Of a stretch of 64,000 nt of DNA, positions 27,044-39,022 are shown in pieces. Under the pieces are notes generated by a model, which made no database searches, was not told where the DNA came from, and saw only the letters and a list, made by a program, of their open reading frames with translations. Origin of the DNA: a virus. The position numbers and the translations under genes are program-made. Where the stretch lies: positions 64,001 to 128,000 of the IMG/VR virus record IMGVR_UViG_3300020057_000027. One strand, written 5' to 3'. How positions within the stretch are numbered: the stretch's first letter is position 1; each line of letters starts with the position of its first letter.

Positions 27044-27505
27044 ATGAATTACGCGCATCTATATTATCTTGCTAGTCCATATTCACACAAAGATCATGCC
27101 GTTATGTCTCAAAGGGCTGAGACAGTAACACGAGCCGCAGTCGATCTATTAAATCAAGGTATATTCGTATTTGCACCAATAGCATACAATGCACCTTGGG
27201 AGAAATACAATCTGCCAGGCGATTGGAACTTCTGGCAAGAGTTTGACAAAGCATTTGTATCACGTATGGATGCAGTGGTTGTTTTAACTATTGAAGGTTG
27301 GGATATTTCTACTGGTGTTACAGCCGAAATTGAGTTTGCTAAACAAAATCACATTCCAGTTTATTACTTATCATTAGAACAAATAGCATCAGGAGATTTG
27401 GGACATATTCATCCTAATATTGCAACACGAGATAAACTTGCATTATTGAATGAAGCTTGTTATAATAGTGTAAGAAAAGGTTTATTTGAAGGAACAAAAT
27501 TATGA
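27044..27505 (+). CDS. DUF1937 / nucleoside 2-deoxyribosyltransferase-like protein
   Basis: YLASPYSH, VFAPI, W..FD, GWD.STGV.AEIEFA. Confidence 0.8.
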   Translation: MNYAHLYYLASPYSHKDHAVMSQRAETVTRAAVDLLNQGIFVFAPIAYNAPWEKYNLPGDWNFWQEFDKAFVSRMDAVVVLTIEGWDISTGVTAEIEFAKQNHIPVYYLSLEQIASGDLGHIHPNIATRDKLALLNEACYNSVRKGLFEGTKL

Positions 27506-27789
27506 ATAATGTTGAGCCAGTTGGTGGATTATATGAAGTTGAAGTATTAGATACAAGCGTAACTGCTTCAGGTCTAGTATTAGCTAGAAGTGAAAATGAT
27601 CACTTGCTGGTTAGAATATTGAAGGCTCCAGTTCGCAAGCGACAAAATGCTAATGGTTTTTTTCAAGTTAATATTGCTGGTGCTGGTGATATTGTAATTA
27701 TACATAAAAACAATCTTGTTGAAATTAAAGTCGGCCTCGTTAATGTTAGATTGACAAGTGATGATGCTATTATAGGAATTGTGAGTTAA
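27502..27789 (+). CDS. GroES-like co-chaperonin (divergent)
   Basis: TASGLVL mobile-loop motif, GDIV, C-terminal DAIIGIV. Confidence 0.6.
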   Translation: MNNVEPVGGLYEVEVLDTSVTASGLVLARSENDHLLVRILKAPVRKRQNANGFFQVNIAGAGDIVIIHKNNLVEIKVGLVNVRLTSDDAIIGIVS

Positions 27790-27791
27790 TT

Positions 27792-28073
27792 ATGCCATAT
27801 ATTAAAAGTGAAGAAAGAGTGCCATATAATGATTTGGTTGATAAACTATCTGAATTGGTGAAAGATTATGGTGAGCAGCACGCTGCCACATATGGTGGCC
27901 AGTTAAACTATATCATTACTACTCTATTACTTAAAACATACGCTGATACGTTACCCAATTACTCAGATTATAATGAAATCATTGGTGTTTTAGAGTGTGC
28001 GAAATTAGAAATGTATCGCAGACAAACAGCACCATATGAAGATGTGAAGATTGAGGAGAATGGTAATGTCTAA
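27792..28073 (+). CDS. Conserved phage protein (DUF6899-like)
   Basis: MPYIK, GQLNY, IGVLECAKLEMYRR..APYED.KI.ENG. Confidence 0.7.
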   Translation: MPYIKSEERVPYNDLVDKLSELVKDYGEQHAATYGGQLNYIITTLLLKTYADTLPNYSDYNEIIGVLECAKLEMYRRQTAPYEDVKIEENGNV

Positions 28074-30118
28074 TAATTCTATTTTTTCAGGACTTAGTTT
28101 TGAATCTCTCGCTAATGTTAGTGCTAAAAAAATACAAGACTATATAAAAGAGTATAAAATAAAATATGCTAGAGTATCGCAAATTGATTCACTGTTAAAT
28201 ATATTGGCAGTTGATGCCGAGAAATTACAAAATCAATTAAGTCACCTATCAATGGAACGTCAAGAATTAGTTCCAGATATGCGTAAAGATATGAAAGTTT
28301 TATTTGGTATGATTGCTTCACACGTTGATATGCCAGTAGTTAAAGAAACCTTTTCTACCGACAATCAAAATTATAATAGTATAGATGTTGGCGGTATAGA
28401 AAGAATACTTAATGGAATAAGGAACTATAAGGCAGAATAGATATGACAATGAAACCAAAAGAAATACAAGAAGAATTAGTAAAAGTTGTTAATGAATGTT
28501 TGTGCCATCGTGAAGCACTGGCAGTATTGGAAAAGCGCCGCACGGATTTGATTAAGCTTGCTAGAGGATTTAGCTCTAGTGTTAAAAGCAGTGAAGCTGT
28601 TGGAGCTCCTGGAGTAATACAAGGGCCACCACCTGCTAAAAAGGAAGAATAATGACACAAAAAGTAGAAGAATTAGCAAAAGATATCGCAGAAAAACTTA
28701 TTAGTATTGAAGCTAAAGAAGTTGAAGTTGAGGAAATCAAAAAGAAAGTTTCATCATTAGACGATGAGATTAAAACATTACAAGAGTCCAAAAGAACATT
28801 AGAGCAATTGATTAGTTCAGAAAGATATGTGATTGCAGAGCGATTGGGTAAACCAAAGGCAGAGGTACTTGCTTTTAAGAGATGAAATATTTAATACTAG
28901 TAACATTACTATTGAATAGTTGTACGTTTAGACCTATTGAGCCACTTGGACATATAGTAGTTTATAGTATTGAATGTGATAGTGCTTTAAGTTGTAATTA
29001 TAAAGCATTGACTCAATGTCCATTAGGATTTGGAGTTGAGAGTTATGATAATAACATTATGTTTTTTTGGTGTAGTACATGGCAAGGGTTTCTAAAAGAA
29101 AATCAAAAACCTTAGAGTTTAAAAGTAAATCAGCTAAAGAGATGTTTGATTTAATCGAAGAAGTTAAGAAAGCTAATGATGCTGGCCTGTTGAATATTGT
29201 CCGAATATCGCCAGCGGATAATTATATTCAATTTCAATTAGGCACTAATGATAAAAAGAAAATTAAAAAAGTATGTGACTCATTATTACAGCGTTATACC
29301 TCATTACATTTTATGTGGAATAAAACACCAGAGGGTAGTGTAGCAGGCGTGGTATATTATTATGAAACATAGAAACTTTTATGTGAATGATAAATTACAA
29401 TTTTCATTTTTTCTTACTAATGAAGATAAAGAAACTGTATTGAAAAACTTCTTTGAAGGTCACGACTGGAAGTTTCAGGCTTGGTATTGTGGATGGATAG
29501 TTAAAGAAACAAAATGTAATAAAGACTTAACTGAAATACACATAACAGTTACTTTAGGTCAAGAGAAGAAATGAATAACTTAGCACAACTATTAGATGAA
29601 CTCGATGAGGCTAATAAAAACAGATTATTAGAATACGAAGTTTTGGTTAATGCTTCAGATAAACTGGGATTGGTAATCAGAACCGCAGGCACACAATCAG
29701 AAAAGTCTATTAATGTGCTAATACACAGAATAGAATCAGTTTATCCAGCAAAGGTAATAACAAGAGAGGATTATCAGCGAGTCGGCAGAAAGATTGCTAC
29801 CAAGTTGGAGATAGTTTATAATTTGGATTCCTATGAGCAAGAAAACTTCCTACAGATCTATGGAGGACGAATCATTAGAAGAGATCCTACATTTACTAGA
29901 GAAGTTACAACAAAATCAATCAATAAAAAACCTTGAAGTTGTAACCAAAGCACAGATAACTCCACAGGAAAAATTGGTGTGTACACTAACGTTTGAAGTA
30001 ACATCTGGATTAACTATTGATAAGTATCATAAAATAGCAAGTTTCTTCCAAGAGCATTTTCCTTATTTCTCAATAAAAAGAGTTTACCACAAGCATCAAA
30101 TTGTGCTATACTATTCAT

Positions 30119-30367
30119 ATGAAGATTAAAGATATCAGAAAACTTTTGGAAGGCTTAGATGGGCCATTGTTTAATGGTACGCCTAGAGATCCTAAACGTA
30201 TACCTGATATACTCAGACAACTAAAAGAAATATGGGAAAAGTATCCTGATTTGAGATTGTCTCAATTGATAGGTAATTTACAAACACGAGATGGTGATTT
30301 ATATAATGTGGAAGATCAACAATTAATAGACCGATTAAGGGATTTATATAATGACCGTAAAGCTTGA
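30119..30367 (+). CDS. Conserved phage hypothetical protein
   Basis: RDPKRI...L..IW.KYPDLRL.QLI. Confidence 0.6.
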   Translation: MKIKDIRKLLEGLDGPLFNGTPRDPKRIPDILRQLKEIWEKYPDLRLSQLIGNLQTRDGDLYNVEDQQLIDRLRDLYNDRKA

Positions 30368-30545
30368 TATATTTCACGAAAACGTATTAGGTAAAATACG
30401 AAAAGAGTTTGATGATGCTAAACATAAAGGATTAGTAATAATAGATTTTCGTCCTAATAATAATAGACTTGATATCGGATTTGCTGATTCAGTAGATCTG
30501 CAAATGATTGATAGAGTGTGTGAATATGTCAGAAAAAATTATGAT

Positions 30546-30593
30546 AGAATTCAATATCAAGTTTTTAGAAGAATTCAATATCAAGTTTTTAGA
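30546..30593 (+). repeat. 24-bp in-frame tandem duplication
   Basis: AGAATTCAATATCAAGTTTTTAGA x2 (RIQYQVFR x2) in ORF 30351..30647. Confidence 0.9.
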
Positions 30594-30715
30594 GATGAAT
30601 GGAGTCAATGTAATGTTATGCGGATTATGAATATGAGAGCGGAATAGAAATTAGAAATTGAAAATAAAACATATACAATCGTGGGATTGGATGAATTATT
30701 AAAAGGAAGATAGTT

Positions 30716-31192
30716 ATGTTGTTTAGTTCACTGCCTGTTACACACGATCCCGAGATTGTTTTATCGGGATATGCAATAATGGAACTTGAGACTGGTTCTT
30801 GGAAGGGAAAGACATATCACTTTGTTGGTAATGATGTCCGCAATGGCGGTGGCCGAACTAGCACACCTATTCAAGTATTTGATAAAGAACAAATGATAGG
30901 TATCACAGCCAGCGGCAGAACGTATAAGCTAGTAGAAAATAGAGTTGGGTTTTCTGATATGGGAGATTCCGCATATATTTTTAATATGTTCTTTCAAGCT
31001 AACCATGGCACATTTAAAAAAGATGTAACAGAACAATTTCTATCTGGCAATAAAAGAATTCTAAAAAATCTTATGGACGCTGAACAATCAGCCGAAACAG
31101 AACATTTGAAGAAAGCTAGAAAAGCTAGAAAAAAGAAACCAAGTAAGAAAGAAAAAGAGTTGCTTGATATACTAATGAAATCTATAATCTAA
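30716..31192 (+). CDS. Conserved hypothetical protein
   Basis: HFVG...GRTST.I..FD....GIT.SGRTY.L. Confidence 0.6.
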   Translation: MLFSSLPVTHDPEIVLSGYAIMELETGSWKGKTYHFVGNDVRNGGGRTSTPIQVFDKEQMIGITASGRTYKLVENRVGFSDMGDSAYIFNMFFQANHGTFKKDVTEQFLSGNKRILKNLMDAEQSAETEHLKKARKARKKKPSKKEKELLDILMKSII

Positions 31193-31601
31193 ATTCTTTT
31201 TTGTTTGCCTTGAAGAAAGCATAACCTGTTTCATTCCAAGGTTTAACTGAGAATCGTTTAGATTTACGTTTTGCTAGTTTGTACATTGTGCTACCATAGT
31301 CAGCACGTCTATGTGTGCCTCGGACATATACCCATATTTGACGTTTGCCGCTCCAACTTGGTTCAATAATAGCCGACCAAGCTATTAATTTGTTTCGTGT
31401 GTTGTATAACATAATCACGAAACCCATGTATATGTGAGGTTTAAGTTTTTGGTCTTTTAGAAAACCTTTCATACCTGCACCATTACCGAATTTGATTGAG
31501 ACACGAGCAAGATCTCCGCGTTCTTTTGGTGTTAATTCCCAGAAGTGCTTCTTGACTAATTTCATATTACCTTGGATTGTTGTAGATTGTGGGCGCATCA
31601 T
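31182..31601 (-). CDS. GNAT-like acetyltransferase (putative)
   Basis: VYVRGTHRRADYGSTM resembles motif A (V...RRxGxG); C-terminal N..GYAFF. Confidence 0.5.
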   Translation of the reverse strand: MMRPQSTTIQGNMKLVKKHFWELTPKERGDLARVSIKFGNGAGMKGFLKDQKLKPHIYMGFVIMLYNTRNKLIAWSAIIEPSWSGKRQIWVYVRGTHRRADYGSTMYKLAKRKSKRFSVKPWNETGYAFFKANKKEFRL

Positions 31602-31667
31602 ATTTAGGTTTATACTACATAGTTTATACTAAATGTATAGTTAAACTTTTACTAAACTATAAACAAT

Positions 31668-32120
31668 ATGAATATAAAAATATGTACAAAATGTGGAGAA
31701 TCCAAAGAAGAAAAAGATTTTTACTTTAGGTCTCCTAAGTCATTAAATGATAGACACTCACATTGTAAAAAATGTCATTGGTTGTATTATCAGAAAAAGC
31801 AAGATATGGAATACAGAGATAAGAAAAAACCATATATGAAAAACTATCAAAGAATTAGAAAGTTAGCTAATTATGGATTAACTCAGGATGCTTACAATCA
31901 GTTATTAATTGAGCAAGATAATAAATGTAAATTGTGCGGCAAGGTTGAAACAGTTGTTGGTAGAGATAACACATTAGATCCACTATCAATAGATCACTGC
32001 CATAATACTAATAGAGTTAGAGCTTTATTATGTAGAAAATGTAATACTGGATTAGGTTGTTTTGTTGATTCTCCAGAGTTACTTCAAAAGGCTATTGACT
32101 ATCTGAAAACATTCTGTTAG
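31668..32120 (+). CDS. Endonuclease VII-domain (His-Me finger) protein, probable homing endonuclease
   Basis: CTKC/CKKC zinc knuckle; YGLT..Y..L...Q..KCKLC; IDHCH...VRALLC..CN.GLG. Confidence 0.85.
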   Translation: MNIKICTKCGESKEEKDFYFRSPKSLNDRHSHCKKCHWLYYQKKQDMEYRDKKKPYMKNYQRIRKLANYGLTQDAYNQLLIEQDNKCKLCGKVETVVGRDNTLDPLSIDHCHNTNRVRALLCRKCNTGLGCFVDSPELLQKAIDYLKTFC

Positions 32121-34972
32121 AATAGTATTATGTCTTTCAAATACGAAGCAGATCCAGACTTCAATAGAGATGATTACAATACGTGGTATGACGGAGACTT
32201 GATTAAACTTAAAATCCAAAATGATGCTTGGCCGCCTCAACATCTATTCAGTATCATCAAAAGAAAGGGTGATAACATCCGCATAGTGGTAAACAAGATT
32301 GGACACGGCACATGGGTTAAAGTTGAGGAGGTTGAATGGGTTGCAAGACCGCTTTTCCCAGATTAGATGAAGTTCCAAGAACTTGGTCTATTGAGAAAAC
32401 TACTTCACATCCACTGCTAATACAATTTCTTGATGAGATTCAAAAAGCTGTGGATAACAAATTGGTACATCATCAAATTATACAATATCAAGGATTCTTC
32501 GCAGGCTACATAACAGTATCAGGTAAGAACAAAGATAAGATTGCTATTTTGATGAAACATATAATCCGCACATACCCTTGGATTGAAACAGCTCCAAGTC
32601 CAACGTCAGACTATAGTTTTATGTACAAATACCGAGATCCACACGAAAAAAGGTCAAAAAGTACCTAAGATGGGAATCCGAATAGGTGGAAATGTCATTT
32701 AATCGCTATTTTGCTCCAATGTATAGATTATGAAGAATAGAATAGATATAGTGCTAGATGCGGTGTTTAACAGCGACAAACACGCTCTAGGCTTGATTTG
32801 TTTTGAAGTTGATGTCACAGGGGTGACTCAAAAAGAATATGACCTATACGCTCCATCCTATGATATTCGCTTGGATATGATAGCATTTGAGCTATCTTGG
32901 ATAATATATACGAAGAATCATCCACAGCCCAATCCACAAGATTTCAAGTCTTTTGTCAAATACGATAACCGCGGAAGAGAGCTATTCAAGAAAGCAAGAG
33001 AGATAGCAGAATCCAAGCTTCCGCGAGATATATCCTTAAACAAGTTGCGTAAAGTCTCCAGATATGTTAGAATAAAAGAAGAGCCATTGAAATTCATAAC
33101 AGCATTTCTGATAGCCACACTTTTACTTTTTACGGTGGTATTATGTACAGCATTTTTAAGATAATTATAATTCTCTGGGTGTTTTGTATACTAGCCGTGC
33201 CAGTTGGTGGATTCATATATGGGTTCTATTTACAAAATGAAAAAATACAATCAGAAAAGTAAATATATGTGGGACTGGATAATTACAATACTATCAGCAA
33301 TAATAGTATTGCCTGTATTCTTGATCGGATACATAGTAGTGTGGGTTGTGATGGCGTTATATCAATTCGTGAAATATTCCCTAACGGGTAAACTATAACA
33401 TCCATAATTCATTCGTATAGTAGACATGTTGTATCTCCTGATATAAAATTCAGTTTATTGAAACGTTCTGAATAGTATAGAAGAGCTAAAAGCAATATCG
33501 TACCGCTCCGAACCGACGATATAGAAAAACGTTTCTTTTCCAATAAATATCCATAGAATAATTTACTCACTGGAGATATATGGATGAAAACCTTACTCCT
33601 TCGTTTTGAGCGCAAGCTTAAAAAACACTCAACAAAATTCAGATGGCTTCACGATGAATGTCCACTCACATTTCTATTATTGATTTGGGGTCTTTGTTCA
33701 TTAATTGGGTTCACAGGTATTTTCTTAGTATATTTCAATATCATATCACACGAAGATTTTAACATCTTACTTTCAATGCTTGCATTACTCGCAGCGTTCA
33801 TATTATCCATAGTAGTCGTACTTTAAAACACTTATTCTAATAAGCTGATTGGATGCAGGAATTAGCACCATCTTTCAGTAACCTATTAGTAACATTCAAC
33901 TAAGTGCTTGTTAATATTAACACAAATGATCTCTGATCACACATGAAATTGTGTAGTACACAATTTCACAGCAATATTAATATCCACAAAATTAAGAATA
34001 ACTTTGTATCCAACTAATGTTGTGTTATACTAGTATTATGAATGGTGATTATATGAAAAAATTTATATTTGAGTCATTACAGATTGCTGCCGGTATTCTG
34101 GTAGCCCATATTATAGTAGAAAAATGGCACACTATTAGCAATTTTGCTGATATGGTGGTTAGTAAGTTTTAATTAACAGATCTTCGCAGAGATTTTGAAA
34201 AAGCGCAAGATGCTGGACTATTGGTCCGCCGCACGATAGGCCGAGCCAAGTGATCCGTCTCAATATGAATCGGTTCGATATTTGACTAATACATAGTGTA
34301 ATCGCATCCGCAACGGACATCCTGAAATAGAATACGGCTACGCTATCTGATGAAGTTGAAGAGATGAATAGATTGCTTGGCAACGCAATAACAACCACAA
34401 AATCCAAATTATGAGGTATCACACACAATGGGCCCCCAACGGTACCAATTGGTTAGTAGAGCCTCCAAAGAAAACAAGGAAAAAGAAATGCACGAAGAAA
34501 TAGAAGATCCAATCAACCGAGGATTAATGAGTCATGTGGTACAGAATTACGGGAGATTTAATTCATACCGAATTAATGAAACAATAACAAAACTGCATAT
34601 GTATGTAAGTCATGATCGTGATGAAGTTGTAATAAAAGAAGGTAGTTACGAGATATTCAGATTTCACCAAGAGTTGAAGAAAGCTGCCGACCAGTATCTC
34701 CTAGTATGGTCAGGTATAATGCAAGAAGAAGGAGATTTCAGAGTATCGCATAATGTGAACAAAGACAGATTTGATGAAATGGTACAATACCTAGCAAAAA
34801 CATATCAGTCAATAGATTTTTATGTTTGTGATGCTATGAGTGAATACGGCAAGGTATTATATAAAGCAAAAAGTATTGAGAAAGTTCCAATGAATTCAAT
34901 AGATTAGCATAATGCATGAACACGAAAGACTATCAGCAGATATCGGCAAAGCAATAGTACATACTGAGATTA

Positions 34973-35028
34973 ATCAGATTATTCAGACTTCCAAGGTTCC
35001 ATCAGATTATTCAGACTTCCAAGGTTCC
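34973..35028. repeat. 28-bp perfect tandem repeat
   Basis: ATCAGATTATTCAGACTTCCAAGGTTCC x2, intergenic. Confidence 0.9.
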
Positions 35029-35150
35029 GCTAATACTTGTATTTGGGTTCGGGTCGTTCCACACCGGACGCCCAAAAATTCTTAGTTATTACGCATTTTT
35101 CTTTCCCGGATTCTGAATCGGCCAAGCAAAATCCATGCCAATTAGGCCGG

Positions 35151-35167
35151 CTAAGAAAAACTCTTAG
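35151..35167. promoter_or_regulatory. Palindromic operator-like site
   Basis: CTAAGA-AAAAC-TCTTAG; variants at 36785-36800 and 48985-49001. Confidence 0.55.
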
Positions 35168-35257
35168 ACAGGCCTACAACATTCTCGTAGACGCCGGCAG
35201 GCCGGGAGGCCTTGCAAGAATCATACCAAAGTATTCCAGAATTATTTGGATTAAGTA

Positions 35258-35287
35258 TTGACAGCCGCCAACAATCCATGGTATACT
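35258..35287 (+). promoter_or_regulatory. Early promoter
   Basis: TTGACA-18-TATACT with TG extension; ATG 6 nt downstream. Confidence 0.8.
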
Positions 35288-35535
35288 TAGTATATGATAA
35301 AGAATCAAGAGACATTAGACGGACGCTATAACAGGTTAAACAATATGCACTATAGCGAAAGATTGAAACAAGAGGCAGCAATATTAGAAGCCCGGCTTGC
35401 TAATGCTGAAAAGACTATCCAAGAATTCAGAAAACATTTGGAGTCTACAAAGTTTCATAACGATCCTACTATTCAGGTTCGGGATGTTAATAATTATCTT
35501 TTAGATATTTTAGATGACATTAGAGGTATAGCATA

Positions 35536-35826
35536 ATGAAAAAGATTACACTTCTATTTTTAACAGATCCGGGACATGGTTGGTTGAAGGTTCGGCGCTC
35601 AGTAGTTGAGGCGGCCGGAGTTGCTCAGTCGATTAGTCAGTACAGCTATCAAAGAAACAATCATGTATATTTGGAACAAGATTGTGATGCCGGACAACTT
35701 CTTGAAGCTCTAAAAGCTCAAGGTGTTGAAGTGAAGATCAAGAATGTGACTGCTAGAAATAAGCAATCCAAAATCCGAAGTTATCACAGATATACTAAAC
35801 CTTATGTATCATGTTTCGGAGGTTAA
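35536..35826 (+). CDS. Conserved phage hypothetical protein
   Basis: DPGHGWL, IS.YSYQ, VYLEQDCDA. Confidence 0.65.
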   Translation: MKKITLLFLTDPGHGWLKVRRSVVEAAGVAQSISQYSYQRNNHVYLEQDCDAGQLLEALKAQGVEVKIKNVTARNKQSKIRSYHRYTKPYVSCFGG

Positions 35827-35827
35827 T

Positions 35828-36034
35828 ATGAATCCACAATATGATAAGTCACACGGCTCGCCGTATGATCGTGGTACCAGTGCTGATGCATACTACGGCA
35901 GAGGAATTGAACCACACAAGTATCCAAATGGCACGTACAATGCGCCAAAGTTGGAACTAACAGATCCAAAAAAGATAGAAGCATACTTGGCCGGTTATCG
36001 AGGAGAGACTGATGATCGCAAGGTGTGGGAATAA
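35828..36034 (+). CDS. Conserved phage hypothetical protein
   Basis: HGSPYDRG..ADAYYGR...PH; GGAGG RBS. Confidence 0.65.
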   Translation: MNPQYDKSHGSPYDRGTSADAYYGRGIEPHKYPNGTYNAPKLELTDPKKIEAYLAGYRGETDDRKVWE

Positions 36035-36149
36035 TTTTGGAGTAATGCTTGCATATTGCTGGCAACAGTGATATACTGGTATTATAGAAAGTAGAAACCG
36101 AAGGCGGGTGCGCCGCTAGTAGAGTTTTTTTAAATTGGAGTATGATAAA

Positions 36150-36395
36150 ATGACTAAAGTAAGTACAGAGAAGAAAGAGTTGGCCGAGAAGATCGTGCAG
36201 GCTCTAGGGCCTATTGTGACCCGAAAGCAGGTTCTAGCGTTCGTTAAGTCGAACGGCGGAGCGGTTGCTGATGTGCGGTTCATCTTTAATAACAAGAACT
36301 TCCGGGCCGGTCGTGGTCAGTATGATCTTTCAAGCCTTAATGGTGTTGAAGCTACTAACACTTCCGTAGTGGGTGCTCCTGTTGTGAGTGCATAG
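36150..36395 (+). CDS. Small protein resembling the N-terminal domain of the nearby AAA ATPase
   Basis: TR..V.A..K.NG...R..RG.Y pattern shared with the 37287 ORF. Confidence 0.6.
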   Translation: MTKVSTEKKELAEKIVQALGPIVTRKQVLAFVKSNGGAVADVRFIFNNKNFRAGRGQYDLSSLNGVEATNTSVVGAPVVSA

Positions 36396-36810
36396 TCCTC
36401 AGGGCTAATAAATTTCCTACCTGCCCTATTGAGCATCCTGGCATACGATGTGGGACGTGTATGCTTTTTGTTTATAAATAACTTTATGGATAAAAGGTTC
36501 ATGCAATTATTGTTTACTCCGTTCTTTAGTGCAGCTATGCAGGGCACGGACTCGCATATTCCTGGACAGGAATATATCAATATAATGGTTAAGCGCATCA
36601 AAGAAATTAAAGCGCCGTTACAAACTGAGGTTCTGTTATACCTGGCCGCCGAATTAGAAAACACAGTAAGAAAGCTTCCAAGCATTCCGAGAGATCTCCG
36701 AGACGATTTCAAGCTTAAGATCGAAGCAATCAAGAAAGTCCTAGAAGAGTTCTAATCATATCACATAGTTACGGCTGTCCAAAATACGAGTTTTTCGTAG
36801 CCGAATAGTC

Positions 36811-36840
36811 TTGACTTAAGTGTGGATTGTATGGTATACT
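36811..36840 (+). promoter_or_regulatory. Early promoter
   Basis: TTGACT-18-TATACT; shares ATGGTATACTTAGTATATGATAAGAA with the 35258 promoter. Confidence 0.75.
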
Positions 36841-37286
36841 TAGTATATGATAAGAAATGAAAACAAAAGCATTGAAGAAGTAATAGAACAGATTAACGAT
36901 TTAACATATGATGTTATGTTGTTAGAATCCGAGTTAAAAGGATGTGAAGTTGTTTCACTAGGTATGGATCTAATGGATCAACTAATAGAAAAGAGAATCA
37001 AACTAGCAATTTTAAAAGACTGTAACGGATTCTAAGATGTGCAAAGTATACGATATATTCGCTCCGAACATTAGGGTAGAAGGCAAAGCATTGGCAACAT
37101 TCAGCACCACGGCAGAGCTTGAAGCCGAGCATGAGATTTTGAAAGCTATACTATTGGATGAGACGGAAGCTAAGTGGATCCAAGAACTTGCATATGAGCA
37201 GATACAAATAGTGGAATGTGCAATTTCAATACTTGACATGTCATCCACACATGTGCTATAATAGATTATAAGATAAAAATAGAGGG

Positions 37287-38234
37287 TTGTTAATTATGAG
37301 TAATTTAGTTGAAGTATTAAAGAGTTCCGGTTCCACTAGTTTCACAAGAGACGAAGTGAAAGCACTAGCAAAGGAAAATGGAATTAAGACTACAGAGCTT
37401 AAAGCGTTTCTCCAAGATCCTGCTAATCGTCAAGAGCGCGGCCGCTATGGTGTAGTGATTACGCAAGCAAAGCCTGTACAGACAGAAACGGAAGAACAGA
37501 TTGCAGTAAGAATCCGGGATCGTTTTGAGATACTAGAATCACTTTCTAGTTCCGCCGCTTCAGGTGAAACTCGGGCCCTAATAGTAAGCGGCCCTCCGGG
37601 ACTTGGTAAAACTCACACAGTAACAAACACAGTAGAAGCACTATGCCGGGATAACGTAGTTGTTACCCTATCAGGTTCCGCCTCAGCTATCGGGTTGTAT
37701 AGAGGTTTATCAGACACAAGATCAAAAGGTTCAGTATTGATCTTAGATGATTGTGATGCGGTATTCTTTGACCTAGCAAGTTTATCACTACTTAAGGCCG
37801 CTTGTGATAGCACAAAGAAAAGAATCCTAAGATGGTCTAGTGAATACCACTTTGGCGGAGACGCTATAGACAAGTGTTTCGAGTATCACGGAACAGTTAT
37901 ATTCATTACCAATATAGACTTTGATGCCGAGTTAGCACGTAGATCAAAACTAACACCACATTTGGAAGCCTTAATGTCAAGAGCGCATTATCTCACGTTA
38001 GGTATTAGAACCAAGAAAGATTTTATAGTACGTATCATTGATGTGATCAAGGTGATGTACAATAAGGGCGAATTCGGAAAAGATGAAGCTGTGGATGCTA
38101 TTACCTTTATTAAAGACCATGCTGATAGTCTTAGAGAGTTGTCATGTAGAACAGCTATTAAGATTACACAGTTACGCAAGAGTCTCCCGGATGATTGGGA
38201 ACGTGTAGCAAGAATAACAATGTGTAAGGAATAG
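37287..38234 (+). CDS. AAA+ ATPase
   Basis: Walker A GPPGLGKT, Walker B LILDDCD, IFITN, ALMSR. Confidence 0.85.
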   Translation: MLIMSNLVEVLKSSGSTSFTRDEVKALAKENGIKTTELKAFLQDPANRQERGRYGVVITQAKPVQTETEEQIAVRIRDRFEILESLSSSAASGETRALIVSGPPGLGKTHTVTNTVEALCRDNVVVTLSGSASAIGLYRGLSDTRSKGSVLILDDCDAVFFDLASLSLLKAACDSTKKRILRWSSEYHFGGDAIDKCFEYHGTVIFITNIDFDAELARRSKLTPHLEALMSRAHYLTLGIRTKKDFIVRIIDVIKVMYNKGEFGKDEAVDAITFIKDHADSLRELSCRTAIKITQLRKSLPDDWERVARITMCKE

Positions 38235-38578
38235 CATATAGACAGGGCCGGGACTAAGAATCCCGGCTCGATTAAAATTAAAAAGAATACAAGGTTCGTG
38301 TGAGGATCCGTTTTAAGTAGGAAATAAAAAAAGAACCATTTATATAAGAGAGTACCTATGACGACAGCGCAAAATTTAAAACCCATTCCAAAAAAATCTG
38401 GTAAAAAAATTTCAGACCCTATTAGTGATTTTTCTACACTCCGAGAATTCCTTAATAAAGAGTTTGCAAGAAAACAAGAGGTTAAGCGACATTTAGAATA
38501 TGAGCTTAGTTTAATCGATCAAGAGTTTGAAGAACTTAAAGAGTTATATCAACAGGTTAAGACATCTTAATTTGACTA

Positions 38579-38607
38579 TTGACAGCCTCCAAAGAGTATG
38601 GTATAAT
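38579..38607 (+). promoter_or_regulatory. Sigma70-type promoter
   Basis: TTGACA-17-TATAAT. Confidence 0.75.
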
Positions 38608-38638
38608 AGTATTATAACATGATGATTGAGGTGAAACA

Positions 38639-39022
38639 ATGTTGAGATTTAGATTAAAAAAATTAATTGAAGAAGTTGCAGAACTAAGAGGTGAAAAATT
38701 TTATCTCACTAACCTAAGCAAAGAATCGGGTTTAGATAAGAACGCACTTTCCAGATTAGCTAATCATCCAAAGATTACACCATCAAGCGAAGTATATAAT
38801 AAACTATTAAACTTTGCTTACAACGAATTCCGCAAAGCATACAAGAACAGAACAGATCAAGAGGTCGCAGAACTTATACAGCGAGATTTTGTTTTGTTCG
38901 TCCCGGATGCTCTAACGGATGCTCTAAAGGTCGCAGTAAAGGTCGCAGAACCTAATCACATAACACCAGACGATTTTGAATATCACACAAGGTACCAATG
39001 GAAAGAGATTAAGAGTATATAA
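38639..39022 (+). CDS. XRE/Cro-type helix-turn-helix protein
   Basis: RLKKLIE...LTNLSKESGLDKNALSRLAN....PS.EV..KL. Confidence 0.7.
   Translation: MLRFRLKKLIEEVAELRGEKFYLTNLSKESGLDKNALSRLANHPKITPSSEVYNKLLNFAYNEFRKAYKNRTDQEVAELIQRDFVLFVPDALTDALKVAVKVAEPNHITPDDFEYHTRYQWKEIKSI

Noticed and set aside
31668-32120. T4 gp49 resolvase ortholog or intron-encoded nuclease
   Set aside because: Architecture fits free-standing endo VII-domain nucleases; no interrupted gene or intron structure around it
34973-35028. CRISPR mini-array
   Set aside because: Two abutting copies with no spacer; no cas genes seen
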